NCBI GenBank assembly: GCA_964464605.1
Contig: CAYXJN010000004.1
Location: 248,001 to 312,000, forward strand
Length of the DNA stretch: 64,000 nucleotides
Direction of reading: 5' to 3'
DNA from: an uncultured Ignavibacteriales bacterium
Lineage (GTDB): Bacteria; Zixibacteria; MSB-5A5; GN15; FEB-12
Under the pieces are notes generated by a model. That model had not been told where the DNA came from. It was given only the letters and a program-made list of their open reading frames with translations, and did not search any database. The position numbers and the translations under genes were made by a program. This document shows positions 48,027-57,554 of the stretch, one piece after another; the first letter of the stretch is position 1; every line of letters starts with the position of its first letter.

Positions 48027-49412
48027 ATGATATCCTTGTCCTTTCATGGCGCCGCCCAAACGGTCACCGGCTCGAAATATCTTTTGCAGGTCAATGCTGA
48101 ATCAGTATTAGTCGACTGCGGGATGTTTCAAGGGAAGAAAGAGTTGCGCCTGCTAAACTGGGAGCCGTTCAAGTTTCCGGTCAAAGCACTATCCGCTGTT
48201 GTTGTCACCCACACGCATATCGATCATATCGGCTGTCTGCCTAAGCTGGCGAAAGAAGGATACGAAGGGCCGGTCTACTGTACGCCGCCGACTATCGATT
48301 TTGCAAAAATTCTGCTGCTTGATACGGCGATGCTGCAGGAAGAAGACGCCGAATTTCGCAATAAGCGGCGGTTATCCTCGCATCCGGTCGCGCTGCCGCT
48401 GTTTACTACTGAAGATGTTGAGGACTTAGACGACCAATACAAGCCGGTGCAGTTCGGAGAATGGGTGACCATTAGCCCGGCTATCCGGTTCCGGTATCAT
48501 GTGGCAGGGCATATTCTGGGCGCAGCATCGGTTGAGTTTGTGTTGAACGACGGGAAGAAAGAAGTAACACTCCTTTTTTCCGGCGATGTCGGTCGCTACG
48601 GCAGTATTCTCACCGTCGATCCGGAAACACCGCCCGGAACACAATACTTAGTGTGTGAATCGACCTATGGGGATAAACGTCACCCTGATGAAGATACCGC
48701 CAGCAGTTTCGCGCAAATTATTACCGATGTCGTGAAACAGAAGCGAATTCTGCTGATTCCCGCCTTTGCCGTAGGCCGAACGCAGCAGATAACCTATTTG
48801 CTGAACCGGTTGATGAAAGAAAAACTCTGTCCGCAAATAGATATTCATGTCGACTCACCAATGGCGGTCGCAGCGAGTGAAATTTACCGCAAGTATCCGC
48901 AGTATCATCGCGTCGATCCGGTAACGATCGGCGGCGAGGAATGCTGCTTGTACGGGCCGCACGTATTCTTTCATAAAACCCGGCAGTCATCAAAGGAACT
49001 CAACGATCTTGAAGGGCCGGCAGTGATTGTTTCGGCCAGCGGAATGATGAACGGCGGACGAATTTTGCATCATCTGCTCAATCGACTCAACCGGCGGGAG
49101 ACGACACTGGCATTAGTCGGATTCATGTCAGAAGGAACGCTCGGCCGGAAGATCGAAGAAGGTGAACCGACTGTCTACATTCACAAGCAGCCGGTCGATG
49201 TTCGGGCGCAGGTGGTTAAGCTAACGGGTCTGTCCGGTCATGCCGATTATACTGAATTATTACGCTGGCTCGACCCAATTTCCAAACCGCCGGTGCAAAC
49301 GTTTATCACGCACGGCGAACTGACGCAGTCGAACGGCATGGCGCTGCATCTCAAGCAGGAGCGAAACTGGAAATCACTCGTTCCCGAGATGCACCAAACA
49401 GTGCACTTGTAA
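48027..49412 (+). CDS. MBL-fold beta-CASP ribonuclease (YSH1/TTHA0252-like)
   Basis: VTGSKY, DCGMFQG, THTHIDHIG, AGHILG, FSGD, ESTYG, PAFAVGR, SGHAD. Confidence 0.92.
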   Translation: MISLSFHGAAQTVTGSKYLLQVNAESVLVDCGMFQGKKELRLLNWEPFKFPVKALSAVVVTHTHIDHIGCLPKLAKEGYEGPVYCTPPTIDFAKILLLDTAMLQEEDAEFRNKRRLSSHPVALPLFTTEDVEDLDDQYKPVQFGEWVTISPAIRFRYHVAGHILGAASVEFVLNDGKKEVTLLFSGDVGRYGSILTVDPETPPGTQYLVCESTYGDKRHPDEDTASSFAQIITDVVKQKRILLIPAFAVGRTQQITYLLNRLMKEKLCPQIDIHVDSPMAVAASEIYRKYPQYHRVDPVTIGGEECCLYGPHVFFHKTRQSSKELNDLEGPAVIVSASGMMNGGRILHHLLNRLNRRETTLALVGFMSEGTLGRKIEEGEPTVYIHKQPVDVRAQVVKLTGLSGHADYTELLRWLDPISKPPVQTFITHGELTQSNGMALHLKQERNWKSLVPEMHQTVHL

Positions 49413-49424
49413 GCAAGGAAGGTT

Positions 49425-50318
49425 ATGAAAACGGTAAAGATAACGAAAGCGGATGAACGTCGGATGATCAACGCCCTCAAGCGGTCGCCGGCGTACCGGG
49501 TTGCATATAATGATCTTGATTTCCTCGGTGAAAAAGTCCAGCGCCCGATTCGTTTGCAGCTGGAATTGCTGAAGCCGGAAACGATATTCAAGCATCAGGA
49601 AATCATATCGACGATCGTCGTGTTTGGGGGAACGCGTGTTCCGGAAGCGACAAAAGCCAAAGCGACGGTTAAAGATTTGCAGTCGCAATTACGGCGCCAG
49701 CCACGCAGCGTCGCGCTAAAAAAACAACTGCAAATAGCCAAAGCAATCGTAAATAAATCACACTATTACGAAGAAGCGCGAAGATTCGCCCAGCTTGTTT
49801 CAACCGAAAAGCGCCCCCCGCATGGTCACAAGTACTTTATTGTCACCGGTGGTGGGCCGGGAATTATGGAAGCGGCCAACCGGGGTGCGTGGGAAGTGGG
49901 CGCAAAATCAATCGGGCTGAACATTACGCTGCCGATGGAGCAGGAGCCGAACGCCTATATCACGCCGGAGTTGTGTATCCAGTTTCATTATTTCGCCATC
50001 CGCAAGATGCACTTTCTGCTTCGCGCCAAGGCATTAGTCGCGTTTCCGGGTGGATTCGGTACACTCGACGAGCTTTTTGAGGCGCTGACGCTCGCGCAGA
50101 CCAGAAAAGTCAAACGGCTGCCGATCGTTTTGTTCGGTGAAAAATACTGGAAACGGGTCATTGATTTCGATTATCTGGTTTCGGAAGGCACGATTGACGA
50201 AAAAGATTTAGACTTGTTCGTGTATTGTGATCATGCCGAAGACGCCTGGAAACATATCAAAGATTTCTACAAGGGGATGAAAAAAGACCGGAAGCAAAAA
50301 CCGGCGCCGACGGCGTAG
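49425..50318 (+). CDS. LOG family (TIGR00730) nucleotide monophosphate nucleosidase-like protein
   Basis: TGGGPGIMEAANRGA, FAIRKMHF, FPGGFGTLDELFE. Confidence 0.92.
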   Translation: MKTVKITKADERRMINALKRSPAYRVAYNDLDFLGEKVQRPIRLQLELLKPETIFKHQEIISTIVVFGGTRVPEATKAKATVKDLQSQLRRQPRSVALKKQLQIAKAIVNKSHYYEEARRFAQLVSTEKRPPHGHKYFIVTGGGPGIMEAANRGAWEVGAKSIGLNITLPMEQEPNAYITPELCIQFHYFAIRKMHFLLRAKALVAFPGGFGTLDELFEALTLAQTRKVKRLPIVLFGEKYWKRVIDFDYLVSEGTIDEKDLDLFVYCDHAEDAWKHIKDFYKGMKKDRKQKPAPTA

Positions 50319-50359
50319 GCCTTGCTTTCTCTGGTTCGTTGTCGCATATTTAGTTCGTT

Positions 50360-51820
50360 ATGACTAAAAGTGGCGGCGGATTTCGATTACACTTCAGCGA
50401 TCTCTATGAAACGCAAGGGACAGTTGATAGGATTCCGTTCTTTATATGGGGCGTCATACTTTTTTTCATTAAACCAGGAATCAATCTACTACTTCTGCAG
50501 AGCGGAGGGAAGCCTGCTTCGTTGCGGGAAGCAATGTCGCCTGCGCTTTTCCCCACTATAACGTTTTCATTTTCAAAGCTAAGTAGTATTCCCTTTTCGC
50601 AATTATTAGCTATCGCGGTTGTCACCATTTTGTTTATCTGGGTAGGGGTGGCGCTTTGTGTGAAACGATTGAAATCGATTGGCGCACCTATATTTTTGGT
50701 GACGTTATTCTTCGTTCCTTTTTTGAATTATTTGTTTTTTATCATCCTCAGTGTATGGCCGGCTAAGTATCAAGATGAACAAGGCCAGGAGGTATTCAGA
50801 CAATCTTGGCTTGCTCGCTTTGTTCCTAATAATCGCTTAGCTGCTGCGGTACTGTCTGTCCTTCTCTGTGTTGGTGTCGTCATTGGTCTTACTTTAGCCT
50901 CTATATATCAATTGCAGTCATATGGCTTGGGGCTTTTTATCGGCGTTCCGTTCATTGCCGGTTTTTTAGCTGTCATGTTGTGGTCAGTGCATGAAGAAAA
51001 AACCTTTGGTGAATGCTTAGGTATGGCCGCTGTCGTGACCTTTGCCTTCGTTGTAATCATCTTTCTCAGTTCAGTAGAAGGAGCGGTCTGCATTATCATG
51101 GCTGCACCAATCGGCTTTTTCATTGCAGTCGCCGGTGCGTTGCTTGGGTATTTTCTCCAACGGGAATCCTGGGATAACCGACCGCCCAACCAGAACCGGA
51201 AAGAGGTCTTGTTTCTTGTTTTGCCGTTGTTTGTGGGATTTTCTATGTATGCTGACTCGACCCAGAATACATATCCCCAATATTCAGTAACTACTGCTAT
51301 TGAAATCAACGCTCCGCCGGAAGTGGTGTGGGACAATGTTATCGCCTTTCCTGAATTGCCGCCACCGACATCGTTGTTGTTTCGTTCCGGAATAGCCTAT
51401 CCGATAGGCGCAAGAATCGACGGTGAAGGGGTTGGTGCGATTCGTTATTGCACTTTTTCGACCGGTTCGTTTGTCGAACCAATTGAGGTCTGGGATCCGC
51501 CGCGACTGCTTAAATTTGCGGTTATCAGTAATCCACCTGCTTTAAAAGAACTTTCATTATACGATAGTATTCATCCACCGCATGTTGAAAACTTCTTTGT
51601 GTCTGAACAAGGGCAGTTTCTGCTTGTTCCGTTGGAAAATGGAAGAACACGGATTGAAGGGACAACCTGGTATCATAATCGAATTTCTCCGGACTGGTAT
51701 TGGAAGCTTTATTCAGACGCGATCATACATAAGATACATACAAGCGTACTGGAACATATAAAGCGATTGTCTGAGACCGAGGCTACTTCTTCAAAAATCC
51801 CCGTTTCTGCAGAAAACTAA
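50360..51820 (+). CDS. Membrane protein with DUF805-like N-terminus and SRPBCC-like C-terminal domain
   Basis: CVKRLKSIG..LFFVPFLN; EGAVCIIMAAP; IEINAPPEVVW...RYCTFSTGSFVEPI. Confidence 0.75.
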   Translation: MTKSGGGFRLHFSDLYETQGTVDRIPFFIWGVILFFIKPGINLLLLQSGGKPASLREAMSPALFPTITFSFSKLSSIPFSQLLAIAVVTILFIWVGVALCVKRLKSIGAPIFLVTLFFVPFLNYLFFIILSVWPAKYQDEQGQEVFRQSWLARFVPNNRLAAAVLSVLLCVGVVIGLTLASIYQLQSYGLGLFIGVPFIAGFLAVMLWSVHEEKTFGECLGMAAVVTFAFVVIIFLSSVEGAVCIIMAAPIGFFIAVAGALLGYFLQRESWDNRPPNQNRKEVLFLVLPLFVGFSMYADSTQNTYPQYSVTTAIEINAPPEVVWDNVIAFPELPPPTSLLFRSGIAYPIGARIDGEGVGAIRYCTFSTGSFVEPIEVWDPPRLLKFAVISNPPALKELSLYDSIHPPHVENFFVSEQGQFLLVPLENGRTRIEGTTWYHNRISPDWYWKLYSDAIIHKIHTSVLEHIKRLSETEATSSKIPVSAEN

Positions 51821-52559
51821 GCAGTTCCGGTCTTAGCGCTTCATGCGCTGTACTCGCCATACGACGTGCAGAATGTTCACGCCATGAGTATTGTCCGGAA
51901 AAATTAGGATATCGTTCTTTTTGTACTTCCCGTCCTTTTAAATACCCAATCGCTTCGAGCGTGTCATCATATTGTGCCAAAGCGGCTTGGTTCAGGTTAG
52001 TATCGTATTTCTCCCGAAAATAAAGCGCTTCCATCGGTAGGCGCGGTTTCTGTTTGTTCTGCGCTTTCGGATACCCAAGTGACATTCCCATGACCGGATA
52101 CACCAACTCCGGCAAATTGAGCAACTGGCACACTTCTTCTGCATGCACACGAATCCCACCCACCATCACACCGCCGATGCCTAATGCCTGCGCTGCTTCA
52201 AGAGCGCGCCCGGCAACTAAGGCCGTGTCGATAGTCGCGACGACAAACTTATCCGTGTATTCGGCGAGTGGCTGATATCCGCGTTCATCGGCAATTGCTT
52301 TGACCCGGTATAAGTCCGCGCAAAATACTAAAAAGAGAGAAGAGGCTGCTACATGCGATTGGTTGTCGCACAATTCTGCGAGTTTCTCTTTCGTTTGCTG
52401 ATTGCGAATCCCGATGATCGAATACGTTTGCAAATTTGAGGAGGTCGGCGAGCGTTGTGCCGTAGTGATAATCGTTCGTTCATCTGTATCTGAAATCTGC
52501 TGTTCGATAAATGAACGCACCGACACATGGCTGTTGAGAAACGCAATCAGGTCATTCAT
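51783..52559 (-). CDS. NfsA/Frp-type nitroreductase (NADPH-dependent flavin oxidoreductase)
   Basis: HVSVRSF, SPTSSNLQ, FCADLYR, GGVMVGGIR, GMSLGYP, KPRLP. Confidence 0.9.
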   Translation of the reverse strand: MNDLIAFLNSHVSVRSFIEQQISDTDERTIITTAQRSPTSSNLQTYSIIGIRNQQTKEKLAELCDNQSHVAASSLFLVFCADLYRVKAIADERGYQPLAEYTDKFVVATIDTALVAGRALEAAQALGIGGVMVGGIRVHAEEVCQLLNLPELVYPVMGMSLGYPKAQNKQKPRLPMEALYFREKYDTNLNQAALAQYDDTLEAIGYLKGREVQKERYPNFSGQYSWREHSARRMASTAHEALRPELLSFLQKRGFLKK

Positions 52560-52577
52560 GGACATCCTTTCGCAAAT

Positions 52578-52604
52578 AAAAAGGGCGGGTCAAACGACCC
52601 GCCC
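52578..52604 (-). terminator. Rho-independent terminator after the metalloprotease gene
   Basis: GGGCGGGTC-4 nt-GACCCGCCC with a T-tract on the minus strand. Confidence 0.8.
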
Positions 52605-52642
52605 AAATAATGGCGTTCTGAAAATCGAGTCAACGTGCCATT

Positions 52643-55330
52643 TTACATGCCGGCGGAACGGTAGTTCCGCTGGGCATCGGTAGTGGCGTTGATCTGGCGC
52701 ACGACTTCACGGAAGTGCGCGCGGGACATGCCGTCGATATCCGGTGAAGCAGCCGCAGTCTGAGCGGCGGACTTCAGCAGATTCAGATCATTTGCAGCAA
52801 GCGTGACCGCATCGGACGGATACGTGCCCGGCTGGCTCAAATAGATATTGGACAGATAGTTCAAGTGTACTAACTGCAATTGGCGACGGAATCCGTTAAC
52901 ATTGGCCGGAGTAATCGCTTCAGTCCAGATAGCCTTGCGAACATCGCTGAACATATCGAATAGTGTGTAGACCGCTTCACCGGTCTGATAGCGCTGGACA
53001 TTGCTGACCAGACGGCCGGTGGTGAGCGGGCTGTACAGACGGTTCAATGCGCTGTTCTGAATGCTCAGCGCCATCTGCATGAACGGATAATCAACCTGTG
53101 GAACATCATAGACTGACCATTGGAAGTCGGGGAAACGTTCCGGCTGCAGTTTGTTGAGCACATCGGCCGGAAGGCTGAACGCATTCGCGGCGAAGATATT
53201 GGTCTTGAGGAACTCCATGGCGCGACGCTGATCGGCTGCCGGGACCGGGGTCATCGGCAGAGTGCCAGCCTTATCGCCAACGTGGAGTCGGTTGTGGTGG
53301 ATGCCACCGATCCATTTTGATGAGTAGACAACAGCTTCAGAGTATGAGCGCCAGCCGGTGCTGAATGCGCGAAACACTTCCTGATAGCCGTCACCGTTCT
53401 GTTCGAAACGGTTCAATGAATTGCGCCAGAGTTCCTTGGTCAGACCGAGCTTGTGTTCGGCATAGCGAATCGGGTCATTACCCAAATCGAACAGGTTACA
53501 CAGCGGGTCGATACCTTTTGTGCCGTTACCAAAATTGTCTTCATCGGTGCCGTACACGACACCGGCTTCGGCAGCTTTCGCGGCAAGCGTGCGCAACTGC
53601 GGAAGTTCATCCTGTGGAGTCTTCGCGCCGTAGTCGCGGTAGGCATATTCGATGACCCAGTTGTCGTACGGACCGGGGGTGGAGCAATAGAACTCACCCT
53701 GTGCTTTACCCTTACCGGCAATGTTTGGCGGGGCATAGTCCATACAGGTACCGATTGTGCCATTCACGGTCGTAAAGGAACGGTCGTTGATCTGGTCGAG
53801 TGAATGAATCGTAGAGGCTTTGAAGTTGTGGCGGAACCCGAGGGTGTGGCCGACTTCGTGCGCTACCAATTCAACGATGTAGGCGTTGACATATTCACGG
53901 GTCAGAGAATCTTTGTTGGCAAAGTCTCCGGTCGAGCTCAAAATATAGGAGAGACCGAACGCCGCTTCACGCGCACCTTCATCGCCGTAGTTGCAGAAGC
54001 GATCATTGTGCGGCAAGCCAATTACCATCTCTTCTTTTTCTTCGATGCGACCATCATGGGAGACCGGTGAAATGAAGTATTCCATGTTGTTGAACATGTA
54101 CCGGATAAAGTCAGCCGAGATGCGAATGTCGGCGTCATAAATCTGTCCGGTGAACGGATTGGCGCGGCTCGGGCCAACGGCGTAACCGCCACCAGGCATT
54201 AAGATCCAGCGAACGGTGTTATAGCGAACATCGGCCGGGTCCCAGCTCGCGGTGTCCGGCATCTGCTGCGCGATAATCGCATTCTTGAATCCGGCTTTTT
54301 CGAATGCAGGCTGCCAGTATTCGATACCACGCTTGACCGCTTCACGATATTCAACCGGAACGGTGTTTTCAACCCAGTAGATAATCGGTTCAACCGGTTC
54401 GGAAACGGCGGCTGACGGATCTTTCTTCTTTAAGTTCCAGCGTTCGACGTAACGAACATACGGACTGGTCTGATCAAGTGTGCTGTAGTCTTCGTAAATC
54501 GTTAGGAAATGGCCGACGCGGTCGTCCGCTATACGCGGGACATAATCGGTTTTCGGCAATCCGGACAACGAGTAATGGTAGGTGTGGAAGAAACTGTACG
54601 GATTCTGCATCGTCGGCGCATCAATCGGCTGTGAGGTGCGATAGTGCAGTTTGACCGTTACTTCACTGTTTTCCGGAAATGATTTGATTTTTTCGAAATA
54701 GCTGTTCTTGGAATCGAACGAAACGCCGGTTTTGGCGCCCTGATTCAAAAAGAATGCGCTGTTTTCGGCGTCACGGATAAACAAGTCACCCATATCGACT
54801 AAGATCGCCTTGGTGGAATCATCAGCCGGTTTGGATTTGACTTCCAAAGAGGCGAACAAGTGATCGGAGATACCACTGGCGACGGCGCGGCGAAGTTCGC
54901 TTGTGCTGTCGGCGCGGAAACGAAGGTTCTTTTCCATCATCATGACTTTCTTTCCGACTTGCTTGAAGTAGAAGGGGAAAGAGTTGGTCAAGGTACCGTT
55001 ATCGAAGAATGCGCCTTCCGCTTGTGAACGGGTTTCGTTGCACAAATAGATCGGGCCCATCTGATCGGGACGGATTGCCATCAACACCGTGTTGTCGGTC
55101 GTGTCATGGTAGAAGGTAAAAAAGCCTTCGATTTTGGTACGGTCCTTCACCATTTCGGAGAAAGACTTTTCCTTGGAATCTTTGGCGGGTGCCGGTTTGT
55201 CCTGTTTTTTCTTTTCATCTTTCTGGCCGGGCTCGCGGTAACCCGGGCTCTTCATGCCGGGACCTGCAGCAAGGGCAGAAAGACTAAACGCAAACAGGAG
55301 TGTCAACGCGATAAGCATTGATCGCTTCAT
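52643..55330 (-). CDS. Secreted zinc-dependent metalloprotease (EcxA/DUF4953-DUF5117-type metzincin)
   Basis: GAGGA RBS, signal peptide; ADDRVGHF, DVRYN, NPFTGQI, HEVGHTLGFRHNF, Met-turn CMDY, GPYD. Confidence 0.9.
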   Translation of the reverse strand: MKRSMLIALTLLFAFSLSALAAGPGMKSPGYREPGQKDEKKKQDKPAPAKDSKEKSFSEMVKDRTKIEGFFTFYHDTTDNTVLMAIRPDQMGPIYLCNETRSQAEGAFFDNGTLTNSFPFYFKQVGKKVMMMEKNLRFRADSTSELRRAVASGISDHLFASLEVKSKPADDSTKAILVDMGDLFIRDAENSAFFLNQGAKTGVSFDSKNSYFEKIKSFPENSEVTVKLHYRTSQPIDAPTMQNPYSFFHTYHYSLSGLPKTDYVPRIADDRVGHFLTIYEDYSTLDQTSPYVRYVERWNLKKKDPSAAVSEPVEPIIYWVENTVPVEYREAVKRGIEYWQPAFEKAGFKNAIIAQQMPDTASWDPADVRYNTVRWILMPGGGYAVGPSRANPFTGQIYDADIRISADFIRYMFNNMEYFISPVSHDGRIEEKEEMVIGLPHNDRFCNYGDEGAREAAFGLSYILSSTGDFANKDSLTREYVNAYIVELVAHEVGHTLGFRHNFKASTIHSLDQINDRSFTTVNGTIGTCMDYAPPNIAGKGKAQGEFYCSTPGPYDNWVIEYAYRDYGAKTPQDELPQLRTLAAKAAEAGVVYGTDEDNFGNGTKGIDPLCNLFDLGNDPIRYAEHKLGLTKELWRNSLNRFEQNGDGYQEVFRAFSTGWRSYSEAVVYSSKWIGGIHHNRLHVGDKAGTLPMTPVPAADQRRAMEFLKTNIFAANAFSLPADVLNKLQPERFPDFQWSVYDVPQVDYPFMQMALSIQNSALNRLYSPLTTGRLVSNVQRYQTGEAVYTLFDMFSDVRKAIWTEAITPANVNGFRRQLQLVHLNYLSNIYLSQPGTYPSDAVTLAANDLNLLKSAAQTAAASPDIDGMSRAHFREVVRQINATTDAQRNYRSAGM

Positions 55331-55396
55331 TGAGACATCCTCTCTTTCTATATTGCGATGAGTCTGTTGTGCTTTGAAGTTACGCATGGGGACGTA

Positions 55397-55427
55397 CTAC
55401 ATACGGATTCGGATAGACTTTTGTTGC
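55397..55427 (-). promoter_or_regulatory. Putative ECF promoter of the metalloprotease gene
   Basis: Minus strand GCAAC-17 nt-CGTATGTAG. Confidence 0.5.
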
Positions 55428-55555
55428 ATAGTTTTAGGCCGCCGATATAGCTAAATTTCAAGGGGGAGTCAAGCGCGTTAACAATTTAAGCCGGTAAGGG
55501 TTGAGCGCAGTGAGTCTTTCGACTATCTTAAAGCAGGCATAAAGGAGTTGTGTAC

Positions 55556-56029
55556 ATGGCATATTGGCTGTTTAAATCCGAGCCGGACTGTTTTTCTATT
55601 GACCATCTGAAGAATGCGTCAAAGAGTATCGCGCCGTGGGACGGTGTTCGTAACTATGCGGCCCGCAATTACCTACGCGACCAAGTGAAAGTAGGGGACC
55701 AAGTCTTTTTTCATCACTCCAGCGTCGATCCGCCCGGTATTGCCGGAATTTGTGAAGTTGTAAAAGCAGGCTACCCCGACCACACGGCGCAGGACCCTAA
55801 GTCCGAGCATTTTGATCCAAAGTCGACCAAAGAGAATCCGATCTGGTACATGGTCGATGTCCGATTTGTCAGAAAATTTACGGAGTTAATCCCACTTGCC
55901 CGGCTCAAAGAAACGCCGGGGCTTGAGAAGATGCTGGTTAACCAAAAGGGAAGCAGGCTTTCGATTCAGCCGGTCACACCGCAGGAATGGAAAGTCGTGC
56001 TCAAACTCGCCGGGGAAAAACAGGCATAG
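55556..56029 (+). CDS. EVE domain protein
   Basis: YWLFKSEP, WDGVRNYAARN, FFHHS, RLSIQPV; AAGGAG RBS. Confidence 0.93.
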   Translation: MAYWLFKSEPDCFSIDHLKNASKSIAPWDGVRNYAARNYLRDQVKVGDQVFFHHSSVDPPGIAGICEVVKAGYPDHTAQDPKSEHFDPKSTKENPIWYMVDVRFVRKFTELIPLARLKETPGLEKMLVNQKGSRLSIQPVTPQEWKVVLKLAGEKQA

Positions 56030-56034
56030 CCTGT

Positions 56035-56631
56035 TTATTTCTTATCCGGTCTTGCAAGAACACCGGCATCCCGCATGAGATGCTTGAGCAAGAGTATTTG
56101 TCCGTAATGTCCGGAAAAATGTTCAAGCACATGATATAGCGTCCAATTGATCGAGTATTGCCGGTCGCGAATCGGATGTTTGTAGATACCATCGATTTCG
56201 CTATCAGTCCATGTTTGCAGGATTTGGTGCGTCACTGTTCGAGCGTTGTCGAGCATCACGATATATTCCTGAACTGTTTTTCCTCTGATCGATTCAGGGT
56301 GACTGGCTCCTTCTTTGGCCGGAAGGCCGTCATCATCCATGCGAATACCGATAATTTCTATGCTTATCCGGTCGGCATCTTCTTCGACAACAATTCGCCT
56401 GCAGGCGATATGTAACCACCAGACTTCAACAACAGCTAAATGTGCTAATAGCATTCCGATAGTGTTCATGCCACTGGTTGGCTGCCATTCCAGATGCTTT
56501 ACTTCAAGTTCGGCAATATCCTTTTTCAGAAGTTTCAGTTGGTCATCGAGCATAGCGGCGTATAAACCGAGTTTTGCCTGTGAGGTTGGGTTGTAAGTTG
56601 GCCGTGACGGTAAATCGAGTATTTCATTCAT
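56035..56631 (-). CDS. DinB/DUF664 family protein
   Basis: NTIGMLLAHLAVVE, WTLYHVLEHFSGHYGQ. Confidence 0.85.
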   Translation of the reverse strand: MNEILDLPSRPTYNPTSQAKLGLYAAMLDDQLKLLKKDIAELEVKHLEWQPTSGMNTIGMLLAHLAVVEVWWLHIACRRIVVEEDADRISIEIIGIRMDDDGLPAKEGASHPESIRGKTVQEYIVMLDNARTVTHQILQTWTDSEIDGIYKHPIRDRQYSINWTLYHVLEHFSGHYGQILLLKHLMRDAGVLARPDKK

Positions 56632-56776
56632 CGCGTTATCTTTCCCGTTTTTGTGTGAATAGTAACGGAAAAGTAAAACAGTTCCTGTTACCGGTCAAAC
56701 GGTTTCAGGTTTTCAAGTAACCGGAATAAGGGTCTTGACTTGTGACGGTTAAGCACCGAGATTTCGGATTCTATTT

Positions 56777-56850
56777 GCCGAGGTAGCTCAGTTGGTTAGA
56801 GCACCAGATTGTGGATCTGGGGGTCGGCGGTTCGAGCCCGCCCCTCGGTA
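56777..56850 (+). tRNA. tRNA-His(GTG), no encoded G-1 or CCA
   Basis: GCCGAGG/CCTCGGT acceptor, anticodon arm CCAGA-TTGTGGA-TCTGG, T-loop TTCGAGC, discriminator A. Confidence 0.95.
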
Positions 56851-56859
56851 TGTTTATCG

Positions 56860-57414
56860 TTAAAACGCCACTGCTGATATGCCGACTTGCAGCTGCGTAT
56901 GATCGAACTCATCAACACCGAACTCCGTTTTACCAAAGGAAAAACTACCGTACACCTGAACGTGCCGGGTAAATTCATATCCGCCGCCGACCAGTATGCC
57001 GATTCCGGCGTCATTTGATTCGTATTCCTCTTCCAATGAGGTGAAATCCTGAAGTCCGAGTCCGACGTTGATAAACGCGCTGCGCCCTATCGGGCCGAAA
57101 TAGTGATACCATGATGCGCCGGTGAATCCCTGTGCGACGGCGATATCTTCGAATTCTCCTTCGAACTGATACAATACACCGTCACGCAGAAACACGATCA
57201 TGTTCTGATTGTCCCAAGCATATCCGATAAGCAAATTAATGCCGAGGCCGGTGTTGCTTTCATCGAAATCAGTATCTTTCTGTTCTATGGTTGCGACTGG
57301 CGCTAATCCGAGACCGCCGCCCATAACGAAACCTCTCCGTTGTCCGTCAAATCCCCAGCTTGCAGTTGAGCAAACAGCGAGAAGCAACAGAGTGATACTT
57401 ACTATGCGTTTCAT
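56860..57414 (-). CDS. Outer-membrane beta-barrel protein
   Basis: Signal peptide, Gly/aromatic alternating strands, C-terminal F; GGAGGAG RBS. Confidence 0.8.
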   Translation of the reverse strand: MKRIVSITLLLLAVCSTASWGFDGQRRGFVMGGGLGLAPVATIEQKDTDFDESNTGLGINLLIGYAWDNQNMIVFLRDGVLYQFEGEFEDIAVAQGFTGASWYHYFGPIGRSAFINVGLGLQDFTSLEEEYESNDAGIGILVGGGYEFTRHVQVYGSFSFGKTEFGVDEFDHTQLQVGISAVAF

Positions 57415-57554
57415 GGTATTCTCCTCCAGCAATTAGATGCAAAGCGACATTACAAACTTCACAGTCTATTGAACAATCGAAGGACTATTCTCGCCCAAAA
57501 AAAATGATGGTAATTATTCTGATGATTTGTATGAACAACAGGCGGATAGCGAAA

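Noticed and set aside
50339..50368. Loose dif/cer-like site TTGTCGCATAT-8 nt-TTATGACTAAA
   Set aside because: Weak match, better explained by a TTGCTT-17-CATATT promoter followed by the ATG of the next gene
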